A stretch of DNA of 64,000 nt from Lacipirellulaceae bacterium (GCA_044868555.1 JBIOWO010000253.1:2009-66008), one strand, 5' to 3'. Positions 8,782 through 17,194 are shown, numbered from the stretch's first letter. Made by a program: numbers and translations. The notes: a model not told the origin generated them from the letters alone.

Positions 8782-10170
8782 ATGTCCGTCTCGCTCAAAC
8801 ACGCTCGTCGCGAAAGAGCGCTGGAGGCGGTTCGTCGCCACCTGAAGCGGCTCGAGATTGAGACCCATCGCGTCAAGGCCGAGCTGGCCCGTCTCGAAGG
8901 CGAGTACGAAGACGATTTCGCCGACGATCTGGCGCAAACTCTCCGTCGACATCGTCGAGCAAAGGACGACCAGCGACTCGATGCTTCACCGGTCGAGCCG
9001 GCCCAACCGGTGAACGGCAACGGTTCTTCCGCGCCCGACCTGCCCACGATCGCGGCTCCGCCCACGGCGCCGGTCCGCAATCGCCGGCCGCTCGTTCGCA
9101 AGCCGATCGATAAGGCCAACCCGATTCGCGAAGCGGCGCCCGTGGTGCCCGCGCCGCGAATCGTCGCCGACGCCGATGGTCTCGACCTCGTCACAAGCCG
9201 CGACAAGTCGCACCGCACGAAAGCCTATCGCCGCACGGCCCGACCGCTATTGGTGAGTTTCGGCATCCACGCCATCGTACTCTTACTCTGCGTGTCGCTC
9301 ACGTTCGCCACGCTCGGCCGGCAAGAAATCTCCCTGTTCGCCAGTCCCGCCGCGGCCGACGAACTGCCGGAGCAGATCGGCGAAATCGAAATCACGGCCC
9401 ACAAATTTGCCGACGATGAATTGCAAAACGTCGTCTCCGAGTCCGACGAGTTCAACGTTTCGGACAGCCTGCTCCGCGAGTTCGACCCGGCCCGCATCGG
9501 CGCGGGCAGCGAGTCGCTCGCCGACATGGGCCAGCTCAATGTACTGCCGAGCGACCTGGGCTCCTTGATGGCCGGGGCCGGCGAGCCGGGCGGCGGGAAG
9601 AACGGCGGGCCGCTCGGCGAGGCCGTGTTCTTCGGCGCGCATTCGAAGGGCGACCGCTTCGTGTTCGTCGTCGACAATTCCAGCAGCATGAAGGACGGCC
9701 GGTTCAATATGGCCATCGCCGAGCTGGTGAAATCGGTCGGCGCCCTGTCGCCGCGGCAATCGTTCTACGTAATTTTCGTCAGCGATCAGCCGTACCCGAT
9801 GTTCTACCCCGTGCCGGAACGAACGCTGCTGCCCGCCACCGCCGTCAACAAAAAGCGGCTCGCCGATTGGCTGCCCAAGGCGATCCTCGCCTCGGGCAAG
9901 AATCGCGAGCTGATCAAGGCCATGGACCTGGCCGCCACGCTGCAGCCGCAGGCCGTGTTCCTGCTGTGGGACGGCGACATGAAGTACAGCGACAAGGTGC
10001 GGCTCGACGTGATGACGCATCTCACGCAGCCCAACCAGTGGAATTTCACTATCCACACACTCGGCCTGGGCGTCACCTCGCTCGACAGCGAATACAACCT
10101 CACCGCGATCGCCAAAGCACACGGCGGCACTTACCGCCGCGTCGACGTGCCAGCGTTTCCGAAGCGGTAA
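8782..10170 (+). CDS. membrane-anchored vWA-like domain protein with N-terminal coiled coil
   Basis: Charged coiled-coil N-terminus. One TM segment (LLVSFGIHAIVLLLCVSLTFA). vWA/MIDAS-like FVFVVDNSSSMKDG in the C-terminal half. Confidence 0.75.
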   Translation: MSVSLKHARRERALEAVRRHLKRLEIETHRVKAELARLEGEYEDDFADDLAQTLRRHRRAKDDQRLDASPVEPAQPVNGNGSSAPDLPTIAAPPTAPVRNRRPLVRKPIDKANPIREAAPVVPAPRIVADADGLDLVTSRDKSHRTKAYRRTARPLLVSFGIHAIVLLLCVSLTFATLGRQEISLFASPAAADELPEQIGEIEITAHKFADDELQNVVSESDEFNVSDSLLREFDPARIGAGSESLADMGQLNVLPSDLGSLMAGAGEPGGGKNGGPLGEAVFFGAHSKGDRFVFVVDNSSSMKDGRFNMAIAELVKSVGALSPRQSFYVIFVSDQPYPMFYPVPERTLLPATAVNKKRLADWLPKAILASGKNRELIKAMDLAATLQPQAVFLLWDGDMKYSDKVRLDVMTHLTQPNQWNFTIHTLGLGVTSLDSEYNLTAIAKAHGGTYRRVDVPAFPKR

Positions 10171-10291
10171 TTGTTCGGGCAGTGAGTGCCTGAGATCGAG
10201 CGGCAGAAGCGTAATCGATCCGCATTGACGCTATCCATCGCATGACTTACTCTCTGGCTCTCTGGCATCAATTAACGCCCGAGAGAATTTC

Positions 10292-10780
10292 ATGTTCCGT
10301 TCCGTTGCGTTGGTAATTCTGTTTTTTGCCAAGATGCCTTCGACGATGGCTGCGCCGTACATTGTGTACCAACCAGCGACGGGAGGATTTTGGATTTCGG
10401 GAACACAACAACTGGACGGCTATGGGGGATTATTTCTCTATTCCGAAAGTGGTCAGTTAGCGGAGCCGAATACACAACTTCTTGTCGGGTATCCACTGGA
10501 TAACGATCCACATTCCCCGACGTATCTCAGATGGCTCCACACGGAGATCAGTCTGTCACTGCCGATAAATTACATCGACCGACTTTTCTTGGGAACATTT
10601 GCCAAGCCGGATACCCCAGCCCTTGACTGGACGGCGAGATATGTTTGGATTTCGTTTGCCCGCAGGCAGTCCGTGGATCAACCCATTCCCGTTTACGTGG
10701 CGCCCGAACCGAACACGGCGTGGCTAGTCGTGATGGGAGTCGGCTTCGCACTTTGGATCAAGCGCCGCAACAGAAAATAG
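10292..10780 (+). CDS. small secreted PEP-CTERM protein
   Basis: Signal peptide present. C-terminal VAPEPNTAWLVVMGVGFALWIKRRNRK gives the PEP motif, a TM segment and a basic tail. It lies in visibly AT-richer DNA. Confidence 0.7.
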   Translation: MFRSVALVILFFAKMPSTMAAPYIVYQPATGGFWISGTQQLDGYGGLFLYSESGQLAEPNTQLLVGYPLDNDPHSPTYLRWLHTEISLSLPINYIDRLFLGTFAKPDTPALDWTARYVWISFARRQSVDQPIPVYVAPEPNTAWLVVMGVGFALWIKRRNRK

Positions 10781-10799
10781 CTTCAATCCCACTACTTAC

Positions 10800-10991
10800 C
10801 TTGCCAGTGCCTGGACCTTCACGATCCACACGCTCGGCCTTCGCGTCACCTCGCTCGACAGCGAATACAACCTCACCGCGATCGCCAAAGCGCACGGCGG
10901 CACTTACCGGCGGGTCGATGTGCCCACTGCGGCGCGTCGCCAGATGGTTATCAAGTTGATTGTCACATCGGGCCGCGGAGGCGTGAATTAG
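10800..10991 (+). pseudogene. orphan duplicate of the 3' end of the vWA gene
   Basis: 10818-10924 aligns to 10045-10151 with about 8 mismatches in 107 nt. It translates in frame as WTFTIHTLGLRVTSLDSEYNLTAIAKAHGGTYRRVDVP, then has a different tail. There is no upstream coding body. Confidence 0.75.
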
Positions 10992-11167
10992 CGCAAAATA
11001 TTTGGCACGCTGCTTATGGGAGCATCATAATAGATCACGCCGTGCGCGTGAATTTCGTCCGTGCGGCTTTCGTGATGATGAGCAGGTGACACAGCTGGCG
11101 TAGTAGCTGGCGGCGGAATGAAGATCATCACGGCAATGATGGCAAATCCGGTGGCAATTCCATCCAT
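10988..11167 (-). CDS. possible 59-aa membrane peptide
   Basis: ATG preceded by AGGAG at about 8 nt. Hydrophobic N-terminus MDGIATGFAIIAVMIFIPPP. It is below the ORF-track cutoff and has no homology basis. Confidence 0.3.
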   Translation of the reverse strand: MDGIATGFAIIAVMIFIPPPATTPAVSPAHHHESRTDEIHAHGVIYYDAPISSVPNILR

Positions 11168-11271
11168 GGAAAGTGCTCCTAAAAGTGAGGAACTAGGCGG
11201 GCGGACTTATAGCCGAAAAATAGGAGTGGCTTCAAGTCCCATCGACATCTGAAAAAACTGTACTCGACTCA

Positions 11272-12000
11272 ATGCTGGTGCCCGGCCTTTGGGGGCTCGA
11301 CCCGCGGCCACTCATGCAGCTAGCGTCCTCAAGTTTACCGGTTATTCCGCCGATGCTTGATGATGAGACCGTGTCGTTTGCGGAAGTTGTTTCAGCTGCG
11401 AAAACACGTGCGACCGGCGGCTCACTTACTCATCTACCCAGGGGCCGTGTCATGCCCGAAGGCATTGAAAAAATTGGCGGCAGTTTGCTCAATTTGATCC
11501 TCGGCGGCGTGATCCTGTGGGTCGGCCAGACCACGTTTCGCCATTCAGGCATCCTGGCCAGCGTGGACGAGAAGTTCATGGCCACCACGCAGCAGTTCAA
11601 CGACGTCGACCGCCGGCTGGAGAGCGTGAAGAAGTGGATCGAGAGCGCGGTCACCGACCTGAAAGACAGCACGCGCTCGCAGTTCACGCTGCGGGACGGC
11701 GACAAAGTCGTGGCCCAGGTCCGCCAGGCGGAGATGACGACCACGGAGCTCGAACGCCGGGTCGTGGAGCGATTCAGCAGCCTCGAATCGCGTCTTGCAG
11801 CCCTGGAAACGCAGCACCGCGGCACACAGGAGGTCGCGTCGCTGCAATGGGAAGTCGCCCAGCTTCGCAACGCCCTGACACGCACCGCACCGGCGGCGGT
11901 CGCGCAGGAAGGCGCGTATCCGCAACCGGCGTATCAGCCGGCCGCCGAGGTCGCCCGCGGCGTCCCGGTCTTCCTGCCGCCGACCGGCAACCGCCGCTAA
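11272..12000 (+). CDS. membrane-anchored coiled-coil protein (probable start 11452)
   Basis: A TM segment (LLNLILGGVILWVGQ) is followed by a long heptad-like region and a Pro/Ala-rich tail. Confidence 0.55.
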   Translation: MLVPGLWGLDPRPLMQLASSSLPVIPPMLDDETVSFAEVVSAAKTRATGGSLTHLPRGRVMPEGIEKIGGSLLNLILGGVILWVGQTTFRHSGILASVDEKFMATTQQFNDVDRRLESVKKWIESAVTDLKDSTRSQFTLRDGDKVVAQVRQAEMTTTELERRVVERFSSLESRLAALETQHRGTQEVASLQWEVAQLRNALTRTAPAAVAQEGAYPQPAYQPAAEVARGVPVFLPPTGNRR

Positions 12001-12010
12001 AAACAGATAG

Positions 12011-12126
12011 CCGACCCATCTTGGGTCGGTAACGGCGTCAACAGCATTCCGTTGGCACAAAAAAACCCGGCCAGGATGGCCGGGCTATTTGCGTGACCGG
12101 CCAGGATGGCCGGGCTATTTGCGTGC
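12011..12126. repeat. composite repeat: ccgacccatcttgggtcgg hairpin plus two exact 30-nt units ccggccaggatggccgggctatttgcgtga
   Basis: The hairpin is at 12011-12029 and the units at 12067-12096 and 12097-12126. It sits between convergent genes. Confidence 0.9.
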
Positions 12127-12128
12127 TG

Positions 12129-15100
12129 CTAATCGTTGTTGTTATTATTATTGTCGCCGTCGCCGCGGCGACGATCGCGCCGCCCTTCGCCGTCGCCCCG
12201 TCGCCGATCGCCGCCCTCGCCGCGTCCGCGGCCGCCCTGGCCCGCCTGCTGCTCGGGCCGGCCGCCCGGCCACGGCTTGCTCATCGCCTGGTCGATCGCC
12301 TTCTGCAGCGCCTCGGCGGTGACGCTGCCCGTCACGCGGTGGACCTGCACCGTCGTCTTCGGGGCCGCTTCTTCATCCAGGGCCTGAATCATCGCCACGA
12401 CGCTGGGGTAGAGCTCTTCCTGGACCGAGACCAGAATCATGTTCGAGACGTCGTCGGCGCCGATCGAGAGTGCGCCCTCAAAACCGACCTTCATCGGCGT
12501 GGGACGCTTGCCGCCTTGATCCCCATCAGAGCCATAGCGAAATACGGTCACGCGCTCCTGGCTTTGTCCCCGTTGCCGCTCGTCTCCGCCGCGATCAAAC
12601 TCCTTGTCTTTCGAGCTCAACAGGTCGCGATACACCTGCTTGATCGAGTCGGCGATTGCGGAAGCCTTCGAATATTTCACCTTGATCCAAGCCGTCCGCC
12701 GCGTTCTCACCGAGTCTTCCGGAGCCGGCTTGTCGTACTCGGCGATCAACTGCTCAATCTCCTGCATCTGGCTCGGCGAGGCATTGGCAATGAGGATCGT
12801 GTTCGAGGGCGTGTCCCAGGAGATCATCAGCTTCTTGCGCTTCGACAGACCAGTTCCCTTGTCAATACTGGAGGAGCCGGGCCGAAAGCCATACCAGGGG
12901 TCGTATTCAATCGTGCTCTTCGTATCGCCCTTCAATTCGTCGGCGAAGAAGTCCTCGAGATTCCATTTCATGTTCAGCGCGCTGATGTACTTTAGCCGAA
13001 ATACCTTGTACCGCTTTTCCGGCGGCGAGAGCTTGTCGATCAATTCCTCCATCCGGTCGAGCGCCAACGGGTCCGCCGAGCTCAGCATCAGGCGGCCGTC
13101 CTCGGTCACCGTCACCGTCACCGGCGGGGCCTGCCCGGGCTTCGCAGCCGGCGCTGTGGGCGCCGCGGGAACGTGCGGCGGCTCGGCGGCCGGCGCCGCC
13201 GCTTTGTCGGCAACCGCTTCAGCCGCACCTGCTCCCGTCTGCTCGAGCTGCACGAACTGCGCCAATACGGTCACCGGCCGGCGGAACGCCGCGGACCGAT
13301 CCTTGGTCGATTCGGCCGCCTTTTCGCCCGCCGGGTCTGCCTTCTTCTCTTTGTCTTCCGTTGCTTCGGCCGGCGGTTTCGCCGGCAGCTTGATGATCAG
13401 CTCGTTCTGACCGGATGCCGTCCAAGCGTCTTGCAGCCGCTTCAGCAATTCGTCGGTCGAGACTTCCGCACTCGGCTGCACGAGCCGGAACGGGCTTTGC
13501 TGCCGCTGGCCGTCCGGGATCTCGCCCAACTTCACGAGCAGCCCCCGCACCCGCTCCATCTCCGATTCGTTGGCCCACAACAGGAGTCGATTGTTCTCGA
13601 TGTCGGCATCCACGCCGAAGCCTTGGACGGGCTCGTCCTCGTTTTGGTTATTTCCGTAATCGTCCCAAGGACTCCAATAGCGGCGCTGATTGTTGTCCTT
13701 CTTATCCTTCGTTTGGCCGGCCATCAGGTTGAAAATCGTCGACGCCACCGCGTCGGCCGGCAATCGCCGCAGCCAGACCACTTCGAACTGCCGGCCGGTC
13801 CCGTCGAAATCGGCGATGAGGCTCTTGATCTTGACGTGGTCCGCCTCCGTGGCCAGGGCGAACAGCAGCTTGCTCTTCTTATCGGTCTTGAATTCGACGT
13901 ACGGGCTCAATCCGCCGATCTCTTTGAGCGTGGTAACGAAGTTCTCCGGGTCGAGCGTCGTGAGCGGATACTTTCTCATCTCTCGATCGCCGGTGCCGGC
14001 TGTCGCACCTGCCGTATCGACTGCCGCCTCTCCGCCAAACGGCACGTCCAGGTAGGCAATCGTCTGCTCGATGACTTTCATTTGCTCCGGCGGCGCATTC
14101 ACCAGCACGCTGTTTCGCTGCTTGTTGTAAGCCAGATACACGGGCGGGCCGTCCTGCTTGAGCATCTTCGAGACATCCGTTCCCTTCTGCTGCATCTGGG
14201 CCATGATTTGCAGCCTCTGCTGCTGCAGCTGGATGTCCATCTGCGTGGGCCGCGATTTCGGGTCCATCCCCAGCACCACGTACAGAATGTCGATCACTTG
14301 CTCGGGGCGGGCATGTTTGAGCACGAATTCCTTCGGCACCACCCGCCCGTCCTGCACCATCCGCTCCTCGTTCATCAGCGCGCTCACCATCCGCAAGTTG
14401 GCTACCGCGTCGATCACCAGGATCCGTCTTGATGTCACCAGCGGAAACGTCTTCGCGTTCGGGCTGAGCACCTGCTTGATGTCGTCCTTTGCCTTGTCGA
14501 CCTCCATGCCCGCCGGCAAGTCGAACGTCACCTTCACGAAATCATAGGGCTTCAGATCGAGGAGATCGTCCTCCGTCACCCGCCGGACCGAGCTCGGGTC
14601 GAGCTTGTCGATCTTGTACACACTCAGCAGCTCGCCGGATTGCACCGATATGTAGCCGCGCGCGAGTAGCTGGCGATTGAGGAGGTCGCGCACCTCATCC
14701 AGCGGATAGGCATGTTGTGTCGTCAGGTTGATGTAGCCGCTGGGCAACTCCAGGTAGTCCAAGCTGCATTTCGATAGATTGGCCAGCCATTGCATCACAT
14801 CCGGCCAGCCCTGGCCGATGAAATTGAACGGCGGCACCCTTCCGTCCTTGTCGAGCGCGACTTCTAATTCGCGCGGGTCCGGAGCGCGGGGCGGCTTGTC
14901 CGGCCGCTTGACGCTGTCGCCGCCCTCTTCCTTCTTATCTTTCTTCTCGCCCTCGCCGTCCTTCTTCTGCTCGTCTTTTTTTTCTTCCGGATTGGGCTGC
15001 GGTTGACCGCCTGGCTGCGGCCGGCCGCGCTTTTGCGCCTCCTGAATGGCCTTCATTTGTTCCGGACTCACCGGCTGCCCGTTGGGCCCGGAAATCATGA

Positions 15101-15299
15101 TTGTCCCCTCCTGGGCCACCACCAGCCCAGGCAAAACCGCCAGGCAGCACGCCACGAAGAGCGCCCAGAACGGCCCCATCCATCGATGTCGCAAGATGCT
15201 CTCGTCCATTCCTGTACCACTCCGAAAATGGCGCAGCACGACCCCTCTGCCGCCCGACGCGACCCGGTCTATTATAGGCGGGGGGGCCGGCACCCACAA
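12129..15299 (-). CDS. GspD-like protein made of repeated secretin-N (NolW-like) domains; no secretin pore domain recognised
   Basis: Several alpha/beta modules of the type VFRLKYISA...TILIANASPSQMQEIEQLIAEYD. Signal peptide at MGPFWALFVACCLAVLPGLVVAQ, so the probable start is 15209 or 15179. RG-rich tail ending in poly-N. Confidence 0.8.
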   Translation of the reverse strand: MWVPAPPPIIDRVASGGRGVVLRHFRSGTGMDESILRHRWMGPFWALFVACCLAVLPGLVVAQEGTIMISGPNGQPVSPEQMKAIQEAQKRGRPQPGGQPQPNPEEKKDEQKKDGEGEKKDKKEEGGDSVKRPDKPPRAPDPRELEVALDKDGRVPPFNFIGQGWPDVMQWLANLSKCSLDYLELPSGYINLTTQHAYPLDEVRDLLNRQLLARGYISVQSGELLSVYKIDKLDPSSVRRVTEDDLLDLKPYDFVKVTFDLPAGMEVDKAKDDIKQVLSPNAKTFPLVTSRRILVIDAVANLRMVSALMNEERMVQDGRVVPKEFVLKHARPEQVIDILYVVLGMDPKSRPTQMDIQLQQQRLQIMAQMQQKGTDVSKMLKQDGPPVYLAYNKQRNSVLVNAPPEQMKVIEQTIAYLDVPFGGEAAVDTAGATAGTGDREMRKYPLTTLDPENFVTTLKEIGGLSPYVEFKTDKKSKLLFALATEADHVKIKSLIADFDGTGRQFEVVWLRRLPADAVASTIFNLMAGQTKDKKDNNQRRYWSPWDDYGNNQNEDEPVQGFGVDADIENNRLLLWANESEMERVRGLLVKLGEIPDGQRQQSPFRLVQPSAEVSTDELLKRLQDAWTASGQNELIIKLPAKPPAEATEDKEKKADPAGEKAAESTKDRSAAFRRPVTVLAQFVQLEQTGAGAAEAVADKAAAPAAEPPHVPAAPTAPAAKPGQAPPVTVTVTEDGRLMLSSADPLALDRMEELIDKLSPPEKRYKVFRLKYISALNMKWNLEDFFADELKGDTKSTIEYDPWYGFRPGSSSIDKGTGLSKRKKLMISWDTPSNTILIANASPSQMQEIEQLIAEYDKPAPEDSVRTRRTAWIKVKYSKASAIADSIKQVYRDLLSSKDKEFDRGGDERQRGQSQERVTVFRYGSDGDQGGKRPTPMKVGFEGALSIGADDVSNMILVSVQEELYPSVVAMIQALDEEAAPKTTVQVHRVTGSVTAEALQKAIDQAMSKPWPGGRPEQQAGQGGRGRGEGGDRRRGDGEGRRDRRRGDGDNNNNNND

Positions 15300-15435
15300 A
15301 CGAGCTTGTTACACTTTGGCTCGTCGCCCTTTCGGACGCCGGACCGCAGGCCGCTCGACGTGGCGGAACGCACCAAGCCCCAATCGGCTTAGACGCACGT
15401 CGATGGCAAATCACTCGCCAAAAAATGGCGAAAAG

Positions 15436-15513
15436 GTAGCGGAATTCGCAAGAATTCCGACAATCGGCTGAACGAACGGCGACGTGAGGCTGAATTCTTG
15501 CGACCTCAGCTAC
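15436..15513. repeat. double-hairpin repeat family (gtagc..gaattcgcaagaattc .. ctgaattcttgcgacctcagctac)
   Basis: Same family as 38762-38859, 45192-45248, 53330-53391 and 59999-60053. Confidence 0.8.
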
Positions 15514-15522
15514 CGCGTCGAC

Positions 15523-16521
15523 TCACATCGCCGCCAGCACGGCCTCGACGAACTGCCCCGTCGTCGCCGTGCCACCCAGATCGCCGGTCCGCACGCTGCC
15601 CGCCGAAAACACGCCGCGGACGGCGTTCTCGACCCGGTCGGCGGCCTCCTTTTCACCCAGATAACGCAGCATCAACGCCGCGCTCAGGATGACGGCCGTC
15701 GGGTTCGCCAGCCCCTTGCCGGCAATGTCCGGTGCCGAGCCATGCACCGCCTCGAACACGGCCACGCCCTCGCCGACGTTCGCGCTCGGCGTCAGCCCTA
15801 ATCCGCCCACCAGTCCAGCGGCCAGGTCGGATACGATATCGCCGAACAGGTTTTCCATCACCATCACGTCGAACGAGTGTGGATTGACGACCAGCTTCAT
15901 CGCGGCCGCGTCAATAATGCAGTCGTCGCACGGGATATCCGGGTACGACTCGGCGACCTTCCGGCAGCACCTCAAAAAGAGGCCGTCGCTCAATTTCAGG
16001 ATGTTGGCCTTGTGAACGCACGTCACCCGCCGCCGGCCCTGCCGCCGCGCCGTTTCGAACGCGAACCGCGCGATCCGCAGCGAGGCAGCCTCCGTCACCA
16101 CCCGCAAGCTCTCCACCACGCCCGGCACCACTTCGTGCTCCAGCCCGCTGTATAGTCCTTCGGTGTTTTCGCGGACGACGATTAGATCGACGTTCTCGTA
16201 CCGGGTCGGCACGCCCGGCATCGACCGGGCTGGCCGATAATTCGCGTACAATTGCAGTTTCTGCCGCAATTCGACGTTCACGCTGCGAAAGCCGGTGCCA
16301 CTGGGAGTCGCCGTCGGACCCTTCAGCGTCGCGGCCGCACCGCGCACCGCCGCCAACGTCTCCGCCGGCAACGGCGCGCCGACCGCCTCCAACGCCACCT
16401 GCCCGGCCAGGTGCGTCTCCCATGTAATCTCCACGCCCGTCGCATCCACGACGCGCCGCGCCGCCGTCGTGACCTCCGGCCCAATGCCGTCACCAGGAAT
16501 CATCACAATTTGGTAGGCCAT
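15523..16521 (-). CDS. isocitrate/isopropylmalate dehydrogenase family protein (NAD-IDH / homoisocitrate DH-like)
   Basis: IPGDGIGPEV, ENTEGLYSG and NLFGDIVSDLAAGLVGGLGL are family signatures. The 332-aa short form does not allow substrate assignment. Confidence 0.9.
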   Translation of the reverse strand: MAYQIVMIPGDGIGPEVTTAARRVVDATGVEITWETHLAGQVALEAVGAPLPAETLAAVRGAAATLKGPTATPSGTGFRSVNVELRQKLQLYANYRPARSMPGVPTRYENVDLIVVRENTEGLYSGLEHEVVPGVVESLRVVTEAASLRIARFAFETARRQGRRRVTCVHKANILKLSDGLFLRCCRKVAESYPDIPCDDCIIDAAAMKLVVNPHSFDVMVMENLFGDIVSDLAAGLVGGLGLTPSANVGEGVAVFEAVHGSAPDIAGKGLANPTAVILSAALMLRYLGEKEAADRVENAVRGVFSAGSVRTGDLGGTATTGQFVEAVLAAM

Positions 16522-16526
16522 AATAA

Positions 16527-16620
16527 GGTTGAGCGTTTGTGGATGAGGGTTGAGGGTCGAGCGTACTGAAGTGGTTTTCCTAACCCTAAACCCTCAACTC
16601 TGTACCCTCAACCCTCAACC
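16527..16620. repeat. inverted pair of gagggttgagggt / accctcaaccctc repeats
   Basis: 16545-16557 is the exact reverse complement of 16607-16619. The same motif family occurs inside CDS at 38467-38541 and 42233-42265. Confidence 0.8.
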
Positions 16621-16660
16621 AAAAAAGAAGCCCGGTCCCCGCCGTAACGGGAACCGGGCT
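16621..16660 (-). terminator. intrinsic terminator (minus strand)
   Basis: On the minus strand: agcccgguuccc-guuacggc-ggggaccgggcu, a 12-bp stem with one G-U pair, followed by ucuuuuuu. Confidence 0.75.
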
Positions 16661-16933
16661 CTGTTATTGCTTTGAGATCAAGAACCTAGCTGACCCAGCT
16701 GAAGTCAAGCACGGCGCTTACTCAGAAGCAGGTGGTGGTCGCCTGAGGCGACCCGCCGGCCAACTCAGGTTAAACCACCTCGCTGGCTGTTAGAACAACT
16801 GTCGTACAATGACCACCTCCTTCCTACTAAAGTTATGGCTCAGCCAGCCTAGAAAGCCAACTTTCAGACAGGCCAGCCTTGCCCTCTAGTAAAGTCGTGC
16901 TGCGTCAGCACGAACCCGTCGCCTTCATTATAA
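16661..16933 (-). ncRNA. candidate orphan structured RNA / small non-coding transcription unit
   Basis: A terminator-ended unit with no convincing ORF. Local hairpins at 16895-16913 and 16737-16753. An SD-like ggaaggagg is present. Two aggtggt copies could alternately pair with one gaccaccacct. The palindromic ATTATAAT box at 16927-16934 is a possible -10. Confidence 0.3.
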
Positions 16934-17095
16934 TCGGACAAACCCGGTAATCTACACAAGAATTGCCGCGATTTATCCAACATTTTTACGACGCAGCGGG
17001 ACCCCCTTTGGTTCGCGCCAGTAGGTGCCGCGAGCCGAGCGGCACTTGGCCTTGTCCCATTTGGCACAGTTCTCGACGCATAGTACTCCTAGCAT

Positions 17096-17111
17096 TGGCA
17101 CACCTGTAGCA
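17096..17111 (+). promoter_or_regulatory. sigma54-type -24/-12 motif (TGGCAC-N5-TAGCA)
   Basis: GG and GC are at the canonical 12-nt register. It is one of four TTGGCACA repeats upstream of rtcB. Confidence 0.4.
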
Positions 17112-17131
17112 TTGGCACAGTACCCAATTAT

Positions 17132-17147
17132 TGGCACAGTACTCGCA
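17132..17147 (+). promoter_or_regulatory. sigma54-type -24/-12 motif (TGGCAC-N5-TCGCA), proximal to rtcB
   Basis: One mismatch to TGGCAC-N5-TTGCA. It ends 47 nt upstream of the rtcB ATG. Confidence 0.5.
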
Positions 17148-17194
17148 GTATTCGAAAACCTAATGCCAAGCCTCGGCTCGCCCAAATTTGCTCC

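Noticed and set aside
6988-8952. 654-aa antisense ORF across gltX. Similar long antisense ORFs lie at 20803-22245, 31022-32371, 33277-34275, 40697-42238, 51442-53253, 60761-61501 and 62018-62725
   Set aside because: Each lies opposite a gene with unambiguous family motifs. The translations are low-complexity (runs of R, G, A, V, D, H) with no recognisable domains.
16661-16933. Identity of the orphan RNA candidate as tmRNA, RNase P RNA, SRP RNA, 6S RNA or Y RNA
   Set aside because: I found no tRNA-like 3' end or tag ORF (tmRNA). There is no GAGGAAAGUCC-type P4 motif (RNase P), no GGAA-tetraloop domain IV motif (SRP) and no T-arm (YrlA-type). 6S cannot be judged by eye. I therefore left it as an unclassified candidate.
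16864-17067. 67-aa minus-strand ORF (GTG start; 40 aa from the internal ATG) in the rtcB-divergent region
   Set aside because: It has no SD or motifs, its composition is unremarkable, and its 5' part overlaps the TTGGCACA boxes. I kept it only as an alternative explanation for the terminator-ended unit.
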